A DNA stretch of 64,000 nt, taken from Synechococcus sp. (GTDB taxonomy: Bacteria > Cyanobacteriota > Cyanobacteriia > PCC-6307 > Cyanobiaceae). Every line of letters starts with the position of its first letter. Positions within the stretch are counted from its first letter, which is position 1. This document shows, piece by piece, positions 11,526-23,854 of this stretch. The notes beneath the pieces were generated by a model. It was given only the letters and a program-made list of their open reading frames with translations. It was not told the DNA's origin and ran no database searches. Location: the NCBI GenBank assembly GCA_047285535.1, contig JBJBDC010000001.1, positions 2,080,136 to 2,144,135 on the forward strand. Direction: 5' to 3'. The position numbers were made by a program, and so were the translations under genes.

Positions 11526-12127
11526 CATCGTCATCAGGGCTGCTGCCCTCTCCCACCTGCCTATGGGAAGCACCTGCGGGAACAGTTGTAGACGGAGACG
11601 ATCCCGGACAACTTCCTGGACCCTGGCGATTGATGCTTCTGGGAGATGGCAGTCCGACCCGTCACTTGCGCCTTCTCACAGGTCATCCAGTGGCCGTGCA
11701 ATTACTAGCCATGGCAGCTGAACCTGAAGAGCAAGCTCTCAAAGGCTGCCCTCGAGAGGTGAGAGAACTCACGCGTCCACTCTTACGCCGCCAGGTTTGG
11801 TTGAGCTGCGGCGGTAAAACCTTGGCATGGGCAGAAAGTTGGTGGAACCAAGACGACGTCAATCAGCACCTTCATGACAGGAACTTACCGATCTGGCTCA
11901 GTCTCACCCAAGGGCGCTCCGAGCTCTTCCGCGAGGTTGATGGATTAGCCCTGGTGAATGAGCCCTGGCTTGAGAAACGGTTTGGTTACTTGGGCCCATT
12001 TTGGAGCCGCCACTACCGTTTTTTCCGCCAAAAACGCGAACTCACAGTGATCCGCGAAGTCTTCAGCCCAGCCTTGGAACAATGGCTAGGGGCCACCCCA
12101 CGCGAACCCCTTCACCTTTCGAGATGA
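11522..12127 (+). CDS. ubiC: Chorismate pyruvate-lyase (DUF98/Ycf21 family), probable CTG start
   Basis: WRLMLLGDGSPTRHL, LRRQVWL, LAWAESWW, WSRHYRFF, IREVFSP. The frame stays open upstream of the ORF-track start to CTG 11522, which is preceded by GGAGGT. Confidence 0.8.
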   Translation: MTSSSGLLPSPTCLWEAPAGTVVDGDDPGQLPGPWRLMLLGDGSPTRHLRLLTGHPVAVQLLAMAAEPEEQALKGCPREVRELTRPLLRRQVWLSCGGKTLAWAESWWNQDDVNQHLHDRNLPIWLSLTQGRSELFREVDGLALVNEPWLEKRFGYLGPFWSRHYRFFRQKRELTVIREVFSPALEQWLGATPREPLHLSR

Positions 12128-12214
12128 AGAAAATCAGAGTTTTGGTCAAGTTCATGCTTGACAACTTGCGGTAAGTCGTGCATTAGAGATCATGCCGCTA
12201 GTTGCGACAGTTTC

Positions 12215-12649
12215 ATGACGACGTCTCAGTGGCTCACTCTGTCCGACCTTGGACGCAGATTCGGCATTTCGACAGGGCATTGCGGCCGTGCTCTTGACAA
12301 ACAGGGTTGGCGAGACCGCAGAGGACTTCCAACGGAAGCAGCCATTGTGGCGGGTGCCGCCCAACAGCAAACCGCTCATCACCTCAGCCCAGCCAGCCGA
12401 TGGAACGTTGAAGTTTGCGCCTCCGTCCTTTCAAACCAGGGGTATCGCCCACTTAGTCGCAGCGAGCACGTCTCCCAGTGGGTTTCCCTGCTGGAAGCCA
12501 TGGAACAAGGCTCCGACTCAATCTCCACGAGCGCCGATCAGATGGCAGAAGAGCTGCCAACTGATCTCGTTGAAGACGTGAACCATCAGCTCATGAATCG
12601 GGGCTGTCGCTTCCAGGTGTCACGTCTGGAAAAGACCAAGTGCGGCTGA
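12215..12649 (+). CDS. Conserved picocyanobacterial hypothetical protein (N-terminal HTH-like)
   Basis: WLTLSDLGRRFGIS...CGRAL; coding-like composition. The ORF opens at 12158. Confidence 0.6.
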   Translation: MTTSQWLTLSDLGRRFGISTGHCGRALDKQGWRDRRGLPTEAAIVAGAAQQQTAHHLSPASRWNVEVCASVLSNQGYRPLSRSEHVSQWVSLLEAMEQGSDSISTSADQMAEELPTDLVEDVNHQLMNRGCRFQVSRLEKTKCG

Positions 12650-13171
12650 TCAGCCCAACCTGAGTGCTTCAGCCTGACGTCGTGCCTTGTCGAGCTGCTC
12701 TTTCAGCAGATCTTCATCGGTATGACTCAGGTTGGTGTGGATCAAACGGGCATGAGGCGCATGGCGACGCAATCGTTCGATCACACGATCGGGCGTGGCT
12801 TCCCTCACCAATAAGGCCAATGCAGCGCTTCCTTCAGGCAGGGTTTCCGCAAGCTCCTTCAAAAAGTTGTCATTGATGCCCATGTCGCTAAGGGATCCCG
12901 AGGCAGCGCCAGCGCCAGCTCCCACAGCAAGACCTAACAAAGGATTGGCAAACACCAAACCGATCAACAGCCCCCAGAAGCTTCCTCCCATAGCTCCAGC
13001 CGCCGTCATGTTGATTGCCTGACGTAAATGAACATGGCCATCAACTCCATGTTCAAGAACCACTGCATCCTCAAGTGCAATCAAATGCTCCTGCTGAATG
13101 GTGACCAACTCGCGTCGAACCTCCTCTGCTTCTTGAGCCTTAGGGAAGCCCACAACAACCAGATTGCTCAT
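12650..13171 (-). CDS. DUF1269 family membrane protein
   Basis: MSNLVVVGF...LEDAVV...GAMGGSFWGLLIG...LSDMGINDNF. Confidence 0.85.
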   Translation of the reverse strand: MSNLVVVGFPKAQEAEEVRRELVTIQQEHLIALEDAVVLEHGVDGHVHLRQAINMTAAGAMGGSFWGLLIGLVFANPLLGLAVGAGAGAASGSLSDMGINDNFLKELAETLPEGSAALALLVREATPDRVIERLRRHAPHARLIHTNLSHTDEDLLKEQLDKARRQAEALRLG

Positions 13172-13235
13172 AATAAAAACCTTGTAGTCGGATGCTGACC
13201 TCTTCTCAAAGGGTAGAGAGAATTGCACGCATTGC

Positions 13236-13730
13236 TTAGCCCCTTCGCCTGCTGGAGCGAGGCAACTGACGCCGGACTGGGTTTCTCATTGCAGCTGAGG
13301 GTTCAGGACTTGACGCAGACACAGGTGGTGTTGCCGAACGGGACCAACGCTCCACTCTGAAGCTGTCATCGTCGGGCCAGCTTTCATCCTCGAGCATGGG
13401 CGACTCTGGAGCCGACACAACGGCCTGACGGCGAGAGATGGCATCAAGAGGACGCTTGCGATTCGACTCAACATGAGACTCGCGCTGCGTTGAGGCCTCA
13501 ACTGGGTCTCGCCAGTCTTCTTCTTCATCCATCAGCCAATCGATCTTGTCACCAACCCAGCGACCAACTTTTTCTAAATCCATGACAGGACGCGCTCCGC
13601 TCGCATTCCGTCGACCCGGCCTCGTACCAGCCACACCATCGACCAGATGGCGACCTGTTTCGATCCACTGATCCAATCGCCGATCGCTGTGATCGTGACT
13701 GCGCTGCCTCGGCTGAAAACGTCCGTCCAT
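13236..13730 (-). CDS. Conserved cyanobacterial hypothetical protein
   Basis: LDQWIETGRHLVDGVAGTRPG, VGRWVGDKIDWL, C-terminal RQLPRSSRRR. Confidence 0.7.
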   Translation of the reverse strand: MDGRFQPRQRSHDHSDRRLDQWIETGRHLVDGVAGTRPGRRNASGARPVMDLEKVGRWVGDKIDWLMDEEEDWRDPVEASTQRESHVESNRKRPLDAISRRQAVVSAPESPMLEDESWPDDDSFRVERWSRSATPPVSASSPEPSAAMRNPVRRQLPRSSRRRG

Positions 13731-13836
13731 GATCTGACCTTAACGACGTCGATGCTGCAGCCGACGCTCTCGTTGCCAACCAATTAAGGCGATTGACACC
13801 CCGCCGGCCTCTAACACCCAAAGAAACAAATCCATC

Positions 13837-14385
13837 TCAATCATGAGCGGGGGCAGGTTGATAGTCGAGCAAGCAACTGACATGCCAGTGACCGTCATGA
13901 TGCCGATCACAACACAACCTGCAAGCCGCCTGCCTTACCCGGCGCCGATAAGGCGAACGACGCCCACAGTTTGGGCAGACGGCGATCCAGCGAGGTGGCC
14001 TCTGAGGAACAGGGAAGCGATGCCGAATGCTCACCTTGAATCTGGTTTGTGCTGCATTGATCGCTTCCATCTGCGCTCGAAAGCAGGGGCCATGACTTTC
14101 GCGTTGACGCAACACCAGATCAATCCAGGCATGAATCATTTCATGGCAAAGGGTGCTTTCGGTGGCGCTGCGAGGCAATGGATCCAGCAATGGCCTTGAC
14201 AGCACAATCTCCCGTCCAAGAGGAGGCGCAACCGCAGGACCACGGCGATACATTCCTGCGGTCGTTCGCATCCGTCCATCACTCCAGCGCACGGCAACCA
14301 AAGGCCCATTGCCCTGTACAAGGCTGCCATCAAAGTGTTCTCGATTAAGCCTGTGAAACAAAGGCAACAGCGGCTCGAGTGGCAT
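13837..14385 (-). CDS. SprT-family Zn metalloprotease
   Basis: TLCHEMIH (HExxH), HGPCF, and a CPNC...CRLC zinc ribbon. Confidence 0.88.
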   Translation of the reverse strand: MPLEPLLPLFHRLNREHFDGSLVQGNGPLVAVRWSDGRMRTTAGMYRRGPAVAPPLGREIVLSRPLLDPLPRSATESTLCHEMIHAWIDLVLRQRESHGPCFRAQMEAINAAQTRFKVSIRHRFPVPQRPPRWIAVCPNCGRRSPYRRRVRQAACRLCCDRHHDGHWHVSCLLDYQPAPAHD

Positions 14386-14474
14386 GAGGACTAAAAAAGA
14401 ACCCAAACAGGACGAAAGTCGGCTCAGTCTGCCTCGGGCCTGCATGCTGTCAGTCAGAATCCGTACTCATTCGG

Positions 14475-17004
<2,530 letters not shown>

Positions 17005-17613
17005 ATCCCCAGACAAACATGCCAACTCCTTTGCAGAATCTCCTGGGGCAGACTCTATGGAGAATGCCATCTGCAAGACCATCTGAATCGAGAGATGCCA
17101 TCTCCCGAGCATGGCCTGATCATCATCTCTCACTGGAAAAATCGAACGACAACCTTGAGGCAAGAAACTTGAAAACGAACGTCACCTCCATCCCAGCCTT
17201 CCAAATCGAATCCCCCTAAGGCCATCAGTGATGACTTCACCTCAAGCCTTTCGCTGGATCAAAACAGAATGCGGGCGCGCAAAATATCTCGATCTTGCTG
17301 CAAAATCAGGATTTGCCGCGAAGCTCCGCCTTTATTGGTTTGTACTAATCGCAGCCCTTCGAGATGCAAACGTACCCAATCCGGACTAGCTCCATCACCA
17401 ATGACTGCCCTATCCAATTCAGCTCCAAACCGAACGAAAATCCAATAATCCACTAAAGACGAAATTCACATCACCCAACGTCCCCTGCTTAAGTCAATCA
17501 ACAACAGCAAATATCACGCCAGAAAGTGATCATCCAATCAAGTTGAAGCCCATAAGAACTTGCCCCTGCCAACCCTCAACAAAACAACCAAATCCATCAT
17601 CTAAAACAAACCA

Positions 17614-18234
17614 TCAAGATTGCATCTTCGTGTCGGCCAGGGCGCGCTGCGCTGCTCGCCCCACCAACCAAACCACAGCAATTGTGGCCAACACACCCAC
17701 CACACGCAGGATCCAAGCTTCTGCGGACGCCTTTCCGGCAAGCACTTCACCAAAGCGCGCCGCATCACCGGCCAAGGCGCCTAAAGCACAAAACAGAACT
17801 GTGCCTGGAAGAATGCCAATGAGGCCAATGCTGTAATCACGCAAGCTCACCTCGCTGAGGCCATAGGCCAAATTCAATAAGGAGAACGGGAACGCTGGAG
17901 AGAGGCGAGTCAGCAGCACAAGTTTGAGACCTTCTCGACTCACAGCCTGCTCAACAGCTTGCAGCTTCGGGAATTGGGTCAACCGTTGACTCGTCCAGCC
18001 CCGCAACCAGAATCGCCCCAGCAGGAAAGCCGCCTCGGCTCCAAGAGAAGCGCCTACAAACACAACCATGGTGCCCAACCAGGTGCCATAGAGCGCTCCG
18101 GCAAGCATCGACGCCCAAACCCCGGGGAGGAGCAACGTCACCCAAATGGCATAAAGCGGAATGAACACCACACCGCCCAATGGCGAGCGAAGCCAAACCG
18201 TCAGTGGCTCGAACCAGGACAGCCCCTCAATCAT
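17614..18234 (-). CDS. TVP38/TMEM64 (DedA/SNARE-associated) membrane protein
   Basis: LLTRLSPAFPFSLLNLAYGL motif. Confidence 0.9.
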   Translation of the reverse strand: MIEGLSWFEPLTVWLRSPLGGVVFIPLYAIWVTLLLPGVWASMLAGALYGTWLGTMVVFVGASLGAEAAFLLGRFWLRGWTSQRLTQFPKLQAVEQAVSREGLKLVLLTRLSPAFPFSLLNLAYGLSEVSLRDYSIGLIGILPGTVLFCALGALAGDAARFGEVLAGKASAEAWILRVVGVLATIAVVWLVGRAAQRALADTKMQS

Positions 18235-18314
18235 TGTTCAACAGCAACCCAAGCGGAATTCCATGGTGACTGTTTTGAGATCCGTGAGGGACATGACGCA
18301 TTTCAGGCTGAATA

Positions 18315-19601
18315 ATGCAGGAGATTGCTTGTCCAAGCGTCGTACCGATGCCTTCCTTCCGCAGTCCTATCGAGGGCCATCGCATAGCAGCCGTTCTGAG
18401 CGCTTTTTTGCTGAGTGGATGTGCCTTGATCGAAGGCGATGGGCCAACAACCATGTTGCGAGTGGTTCAAAGCAGCTATGAAAACGACGACAACTCCTCA
18501 AATCGCTTCCAGGCCGCTGAAACCATTCAAGACTTCAAAGAACAACTGAATCAGTTGCTGCCTGACCTCAAGCTGCATTTTTCAACCATCCCGTCCAAAT
18601 CGCTAATAGCGGACCTAAGAGCTCAGACACAGAGCGGACTCGGCCCAGATCTGGTGGTCACAGACAGCAGTGAGGCCCTTCGACTGCTCGCCCATGGACT
18701 CACCGAACCAATACCTCAAACTCAAGAGAGCTCAGAACTTATCTTTCCATCAGCTTTGAAACGAGTCACCGCAAACGATGGCTCCCTTGCTGGGCAACCC
18801 ATTGGCCAGTACAGACAACTGGCCTGCTACGACAAGCGTCAAATCAAGGATCCTCCTGAAACCCTGGCGGCTCTTTCGGCAGCCAGCCAAAAGGGCAAAA
18901 AATTTGGAATAGCTACCAAAATATTTGATCTGTACTGGAGCGTTGGCAGTTTCAGAGCAGGAGAGGCCTTAGCCGCCACCCTTGAAGGCAAAAAACCCAC
19001 AGCCGCTGCCAGCCAACGTCTTACAAATTGGCTGCGATGGCTCAAGGACTTCAGCTATCAGCAAAATATTCTTTTTTATCGGAATCAGGCAGGCCTTAGG
19101 CAGGGGTTAGTTGAAGGGGATCTGGACTGGATCAGTTGTTGGAGCTCTCAAATACCTCAACTCACACAAGCACTTAAAACCAATCTTGGCATCTATCATC
19201 TGCCCGATGGCGCCTCCGGCAAATCCACTCCAATTACGCGACTACAAGTCTGGTCATTAGGAAAAAATTCAAGCAAAAACCAACGAGAACAAAGCTTGAG
19301 ATTATTGAATTTCATGGTGCAGCCATGGGCCCAGAAAACTTATTCCCTCAGATACAGAACCTTATACCCAGTGAATCCTTCAGCAGCGCAAATCGTAAAC
19401 AGAAAACTGCCAGGATCGATAGACAGAATCAGTGAATCTGAGCTTCAACGTGTTGCCCGTGGAGACGCCATTGTTGCAGCGATCGATCAATATCCTGACC
19501 GCATAGAAGCTCTCCAATCAACACTTAGCAAAGTGATCTTCGGTGGTTTATCACCAAAGGAAGCGACCCTTGAAATCCAAACCAAACTAAAAGAAAAGTA
19601 A
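18315..19601 (+). CDS. Lipoprotein extracellular solute-binding protein (sugar-binding family 1-like), copy 1
   Basis: Lipobox LLSGC, GLGPDLVV, CYDKRQIKDPPETL; stop overlaps the MscS start (TAATG). Confidence 0.8.
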   Translation: MQEIACPSVVPMPSFRSPIEGHRIAAVLSAFLLSGCALIEGDGPTTMLRVVQSSYENDDNSSNRFQAAETIQDFKEQLNQLLPDLKLHFSTIPSKSLIADLRAQTQSGLGPDLVVTDSSEALRLLAHGLTEPIPQTQESSELIFPSALKRVTANDGSLAGQPIGQYRQLACYDKRQIKDPPETLAALSAASQKGKKFGIATKIFDLYWSVGSFRAGEALAATLEGKKPTAAASQRLTNWLRWLKDFSYQQNILFYRNQAGLRQGLVEGDLDWISCWSSQIPQLTQALKTNLGIYHLPDGASGKSTPITRLQVWSLGKNSSKNQREQSLRLLNFMVQPWAQKTYSLRYRTLYPVNPSAAQIVNRKLPGSIDRISESELQRVARGDAIVAAIDQYPDRIEALQSTLSKVIFGGLSPKEATLEIQTKLKEK

Positions 19602-20977
19602 TGACTTTAAACCACCCTATTTTCCTCACCGTGGTCCCAGGAGCAGTTTTCAATGAGCTGCTCAGTTGGGTTGCTTATCTCAACCGAATCACAGTGCTGG
19701 TCCAATTGCTGATCGTAGCCATTGTCATGGTTGCAGAACAGCAAGGTGCGCTGCGTCGTCGAGCGCAGTACCGGTTCATACCCGAATACATCCGGGTATT
19801 AATTGGCCCTCTCATCCTGCTGATCCTCACAGGCGCTTTCGCTTTAGCGGGCTTACCTTGGGGGCTTTTGCGCTACTTCGGCTTACTATGGCTCGGTTGG
19901 ATGTTATTCACGCCCCTAAAAACACTTCTCCTTAGAATCAACCAAAAATTCCCAGTTGAAGAGCTAGAAAGCACTTTTCTGAGACCAGTTTATGTAATTT
20001 TCTCAATCATAACCTTTGTAAGACTCATGGGAAGCTCGGACACACTGTCCAAACTTCCAATCGCAAATTTGTTTGGAGTAGAACTCACCCTCGGAAGAAT
20101 CTACTTTGCAATTATCGCGGTTTATGTGATTATTACAATGGCTTCAAGGCCTGCAACATTTCTAGCCTGGCTGAGCGGGATTCTACTTGGAGTTCGGCCT
20201 CGCAACAGGAGAGGCCTTGAGTTGTTATTTCGATATAGCGTGATCAGCATTGGCATCATTTCGGTTGCCTATTACATTGGGATTAATGGCACAGCATTTA
20301 TTGCAATCGCCGGCGGTCTCTCCGTAGGAATTGGTTTCGGAGTCAAGGAAATCATCTCCAACTTTATTAGCAGCATCTGGCTGTTATTTGAGGGTTCAGT
20401 TCGGCCAGGGGAAATCTTAATGATCAATGGTGACCCCTGCACAGTTCGAAACCTAGGGCTCAGAGCCACCCAACTCAGGAGAGGACGTGACGGGGCCGAG
20501 CTATTAATTCCCAATCAAACCTTCTTCACACAGGAAGCAACATCCTTCACTCAAACCGAAACATCAAGACGCGATAGTGTGTTTGTTGGTGCCGCCTACG
20601 ACCACGACCCGGATCTTATTATTTCGATATTAGAGGACATTGCCAAAGCACACAAGAAGGTTCTCGAGTATCCAAATGTCAAAGCATTCGTAATCGATTT
20701 CGCCGACTCCTCGATCAATTACAAAGTGTCATTTTGGGTCGCCAATCCCCTTGATGCATTTGATGTTTCTAGTGACATACGCAGAACTATTTGGAAGCAA
20801 TTCGAACAGAAAGGAATCACCATTCCTTTCCCGCAACGTCAGGTGTACCCCATGGAATGGCCGCCAAGCCTTCAGCAAAGTCTGCAGTCAACTGGAGGCA
20901 GAGGTGTAGTGCCGCAAAGCGAAGAACCAGAAGCTCCTAGCAGCAGCAAAGAAAACAGTTCCGAGGCCAAGCCCTAA
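19601..20977 (+). CDS. MscS-family mechanosensitive channel, copy 1
   Basis: GGLSVGIGFGVKEIISNF, LFEGSVRPGE, IPNQ, FADSSINY, IPFPQR; extra N-terminal TM helices. Confidence 0.9.
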   Translation: MTLNHPIFLTVVPGAVFNELLSWVAYLNRITVLVQLLIVAIVMVAEQQGALRRRAQYRFIPEYIRVLIGPLILLILTGAFALAGLPWGLLRYFGLLWLGWMLFTPLKTLLLRINQKFPVEELESTFLRPVYVIFSIITFVRLMGSSDTLSKLPIANLFGVELTLGRIYFAIIAVYVIITMASRPATFLAWLSGILLGVRPRNRRGLELLFRYSVISIGIISVAYYIGINGTAFIAIAGGLSVGIGFGVKEIISNFISSIWLLFEGSVRPGEILMINGDPCTVRNLGLRATQLRRGRDGAELLIPNQTFFTQEATSFTQTETSRRDSVFVGAAYDHDPDLIISILEDIAKAHKKVLEYPNVKAFVIDFADSSINYKVSFWVANPLDAFDVSSDIRRTIWKQFEQKGITIPFPQRQVYPMEWPPSLQQSLQSTGGRGVVPQSEEPEAPSSSKENSSEAKP

Positions 20978-21676
20978 GACCAGCATGGGTGTGCTGGCAC
21001 GACCAAGTACAACTTCAGCAGGAACCGTGGTGAGGAATGCAACGGGAATCACCAAAGTGAATAGCCATCGCAGTGGGGCTGGATAAGCCTGTACTGGATA
21101 GCGACCTGAAGCCAATACAGCCCGCAGCACCTCAGTGGCATTCCCCGTTTTGACAAACCAGATGCTTGTAGCCGCGATAAGAAACCACAGTGAATAAAGA
21201 ATCAAACCACCGGCCAGGAGCATCACCAAAACCACGGCGATCAGCACGGGAGAAACAGGAGCACCGACCTGATGGCCACCCCAAGCCACCAACAACAAGC
21301 CGAGGCCTATCTCTGGCAATCCTGCCGGTGCGATGGTGCGCAAGGACAACCAAAACTGGCTGTCGATCGGCTTCAACAAGACAAAATCAAGAGTTCCCTC
21401 CAGCACATGGGTCACGATCGAAGACAAGTTGGGGCGTAAAAAAGTGCTGGCCATGCCATCCAGGACCGTATAAAAACCCTGGACAACTAAAGCTTCATTC
21501 CAGCTCCAGCCACCCAACCCACGGCCGGGCCCAAAAAACAATGACAGTGTGAATAAGCTGCCCAGCAAACTCAATCCAACGGCTAGCAACTCAATCAAAA
21601 CGTTGAGCTGATATTCCAGCTGAGTGGCCATGGCTGTTCCCCAAAACCGCCTGAGGCTTTTGAAATACCTGCCCAT
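20888..21676 (-). CDS. ABC-2 type exporter permease (DUF990-like)
   Basis: GTLDFVLLKPIDSQF, GRYP, RHYTSASS terminus. Confidence 0.9.
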   Translation of the reverse strand: MGRYFKSLRRFWGTAMATQLEYQLNVLIELLAVGLSLLGSLFTLSLFFGPGRGLGGWSWNEALVVQGFYTVLDGMASTFLRPNLSSIVTHVLEGTLDFVLLKPIDSQFWLSLRTIAPAGLPEIGLGLLLVAWGGHQVGAPVSPVLIAVVLVMLLAGGLILYSLWFLIAATSIWFVKTGNATEVLRAVLASGRYPVQAYPAPLRWLFTLVIPVAFLTTVPAEVVLGRASTPMLVLGLGLGTVFFAAARSFWFFALRHYTSASS

Positions 21677-22477
21677 TCAGGCCCCCATCGCGCTGTAACG
21701 CCTCACTCCAGCGCGCCAGAGCAACAGGACGAGCGGCAGGAGCAGCACAATCCAGGCAATCTGAATGGCAAAACCAGACAGCAAATTGACAGGTTGTTCA
21801 GCCAGCACACGTGCTGGAAAATCAATCAAATAAGGAAAAGGAGTCCATTGAGCCAACGTGCGCATCAAGGGCGGAAAAGCCGTGAGAGGAGCAAGTAACC
21901 CAGATAAAAACAGGAAAGGAAGAAATAACAATCGTTCCAGTGCACTGGCTTTCTCGTTCCAAAAGCAAAGAGAGGCAATCAGACTTTGCAAAAGAAAAGC
22001 GATCGAAAAAGCCAGCCAGGTGGCCAGCCAGGCCAGCAAAAAACGGCCGAAGGAAGGAAGCCAGAATGCTTCTGGCTGAATCAGAAAAAAAATCGCGGTG
22101 ATGCCCCCTGCAAAAGGAAGACGGGTGAGCTGCTCTCCGAGATGGCTCGCTACATAACGCCAGAGCGGATGGAGTGGCTGAAGCAGATAAGGAGACAATC
22201 TGCCAGTCAAAGCATCCTCTTCAAAGGCATACACCATCCAGACCACAGAGAACTGGCGAACCAAAAAAGCACTCAAGAAATAACGATCGAGGCCCACCCC
22301 GTCCATCCCCAGAGCGTGACGAGCATCACTGCCATGCCAGAGGCTGAGCATGATGAAAGGAAGAACACCGGACAGTGCCCAAAGCGCAATTTCGGCGCGA
22401 TATTCGAGCATGTGAGCGTATGCCGTTCCCAACAAAGCGCGGAGGATTTGGCGATTGAGTCCAAAAATCCGCATCAA
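21677..22477 (-). CDS. ABC-2 type exporter permease
   Basis: GRLSPYLLQP, LSGLLAPL, RRYSAMGA terminus. Confidence 0.9.
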   Translation of the reverse strand: MMRIFGLNRQILRALLGTAYAHMLEYRAEIALWALSGVLPFIMLSLWHGSDARHALGMDGVGLDRYFLSAFLVRQFSVVWMVYAFEEDALTGRLSPYLLQPLHPLWRYVASHLGEQLTRLPFAGGITAIFFLIQPEAFWLPSFGRFLLAWLATWLAFSIAFLLQSLIASLCFWNEKASALERLLFLPFLFLSGLLAPLTAFPPLMRTLAQWTPFPYLIDFPARVLAEQPVNLLSGFAIQIAWIVLLLPLVLLLWRAGVRRYSAMGA

Positions 22478-23469
22478 AGACTTCCCTGACGAAACAGATC
22501 GCCGATCAGCTGATCAATAGGGGGATCATTCACCTCCAGATCACGCACCGCAAAGCGCTCTAACAGTTCTGCCACCACAGCAGTGAGCTCCTGAGGTTTC
22601 ACACGCAGATTGACCTCCCGGTCGTGAAGACTGTCCAGCCTTCCCAAACCAGCAAAGGCTTGCGCCGGAGCGGGTTCATCAAGTTCAAGGCGCACATGCC
22701 GCTCTGGAGCAAGCCGACTAGCCAAACGATCGAGCGGTCCGTCATGAAACAAATGCCCCTGATGGATCAACAACACGCGTGGGCATAAAGCCGTGATATC
22801 TGCCATGTAATGGCTCGTTAGCAACACAGTCGCACCGGTTCGTCGGTTGTAGTCCGCTAGGAACTCCCGCACTTTGGCCTGCGCATTCACATCTAAACCC
22901 AAGGTGGGTTCGTCCAGAAACAACACCTCAGGTTGATGAAGCAAAGCCGCGAGCAACTCAGCTTTCATCCGTTGACCCAGCGACAATTTGCGCACTGGGC
23001 GAATGAGCTCTTCACCCAGCTCTAATAAATCTGACAACTCAGCAATGCGACGATTCGCGACTCGATCACTGATGCCGTAAACAGCGGCATTCACCCGTAA
23101 CGAATCCATGGGAGGCAAATCCCAAAGCAATTGCTGCTTTTGTCCCATCACCAACGTGATCCGACGCAAGAAATCTGGATGGCGTTGTTGCGGGTGATGG
23201 CCTGCGATGACCACCCGGCCTGCACTGGGGTAAATCAACCCACACAACATTTTCAAGGTGGTGGTTTTCCCGGCGCCATTGGCACCAAGAAATCCAACCA
23301 TCTCCCCAGGTGCAATGGCGAAGGAAACGTCCCGTACCGCGCACACATCGCGATAACGACGCTTCACAAAATGCTGAAGGGTGCCAGCCAGGCCAGGCTG
23401 TTTATCAGCAACCCGATAGATCTTGCTCAGCTGTTCAACCGTGATCAATGAAGGTGAAGGGTTCAGCAA
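22474..23469 (-). CDS. ABC exporter ATP-binding subunit
   Basis: GANGAGKTT, LSLGQRM, FLDEPT. Confidence 0.93.
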   Translation of the reverse strand: MLNPSPSLITVEQLSKIYRVADKQPGLAGTLQHFVKRRYRDVCAVRDVSFAIAPGEMVGFLGANGAGKTTTLKMLCGLIYPSAGRVVIAGHHPQQRHPDFLRRITLVMGQKQQLLWDLPPMDSLRVNAAVYGISDRVANRRIAELSDLLELGEELIRPVRKLSLGQRMKAELLAALLHQPEVLFLDEPTLGLDVNAQAKVREFLADYNRRTGATVLLTSHYMADITALCPRVLLIHQGHLFHDGPLDRLASRLAPERHVRLELDEPAPAQAFAGLGRLDSLHDREVNLRVKPQELTAVVAELLERFAVRDLEVNDPPIDQLIGDLFRQGSL

Positions 23470-23854
23470 TCACACCAGACTCTGAGAGAAGAGTAGAAGC
23501 TGCAAACCTCTAGGAGCAGAATCTCAAGTTGATTCCAGTCAAGATGGAAACCGCACAAATCCACTCAAGGATTGCAAACTGTGCGACATGATGGCGAACA
23601 GAGGTTGCAGCAGAACAATCAAAGAGAACAACAACTTAAGTATCTTTGCTCTCTTGGCGATTCCCAATTGCACCGCAGGACAAACAGAATAAAACCATAG
23701 CCTTTATTCAAGTATTTAAGATAGAGCGGCCAAGATGTATCAATCACGACTCAAATAACGCAGAAAAGATTAATCTTTTCCCAAGATTGACATCAAGAGT
23801 ACTGCACAATTTAGACTCCTAACAATCAAACTACTGAAGCCCCAGTCGATCAAG

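Noticed and set aside
17019..17600. Short ORFs between ligA and the TVP38 gene (e.g. 17259..17453)
   Set aside because: No recognisable motif or strong start signal; cannot be distinguished from eroded or non-coding DNA.
18315..23469. SBP copy 1 as the binding subunit of the adjacent ABC transporter
   Set aside because: That ABC system is on the opposite strand and is an ABC-2/DUF990 exporter type, which does not use SBPs.
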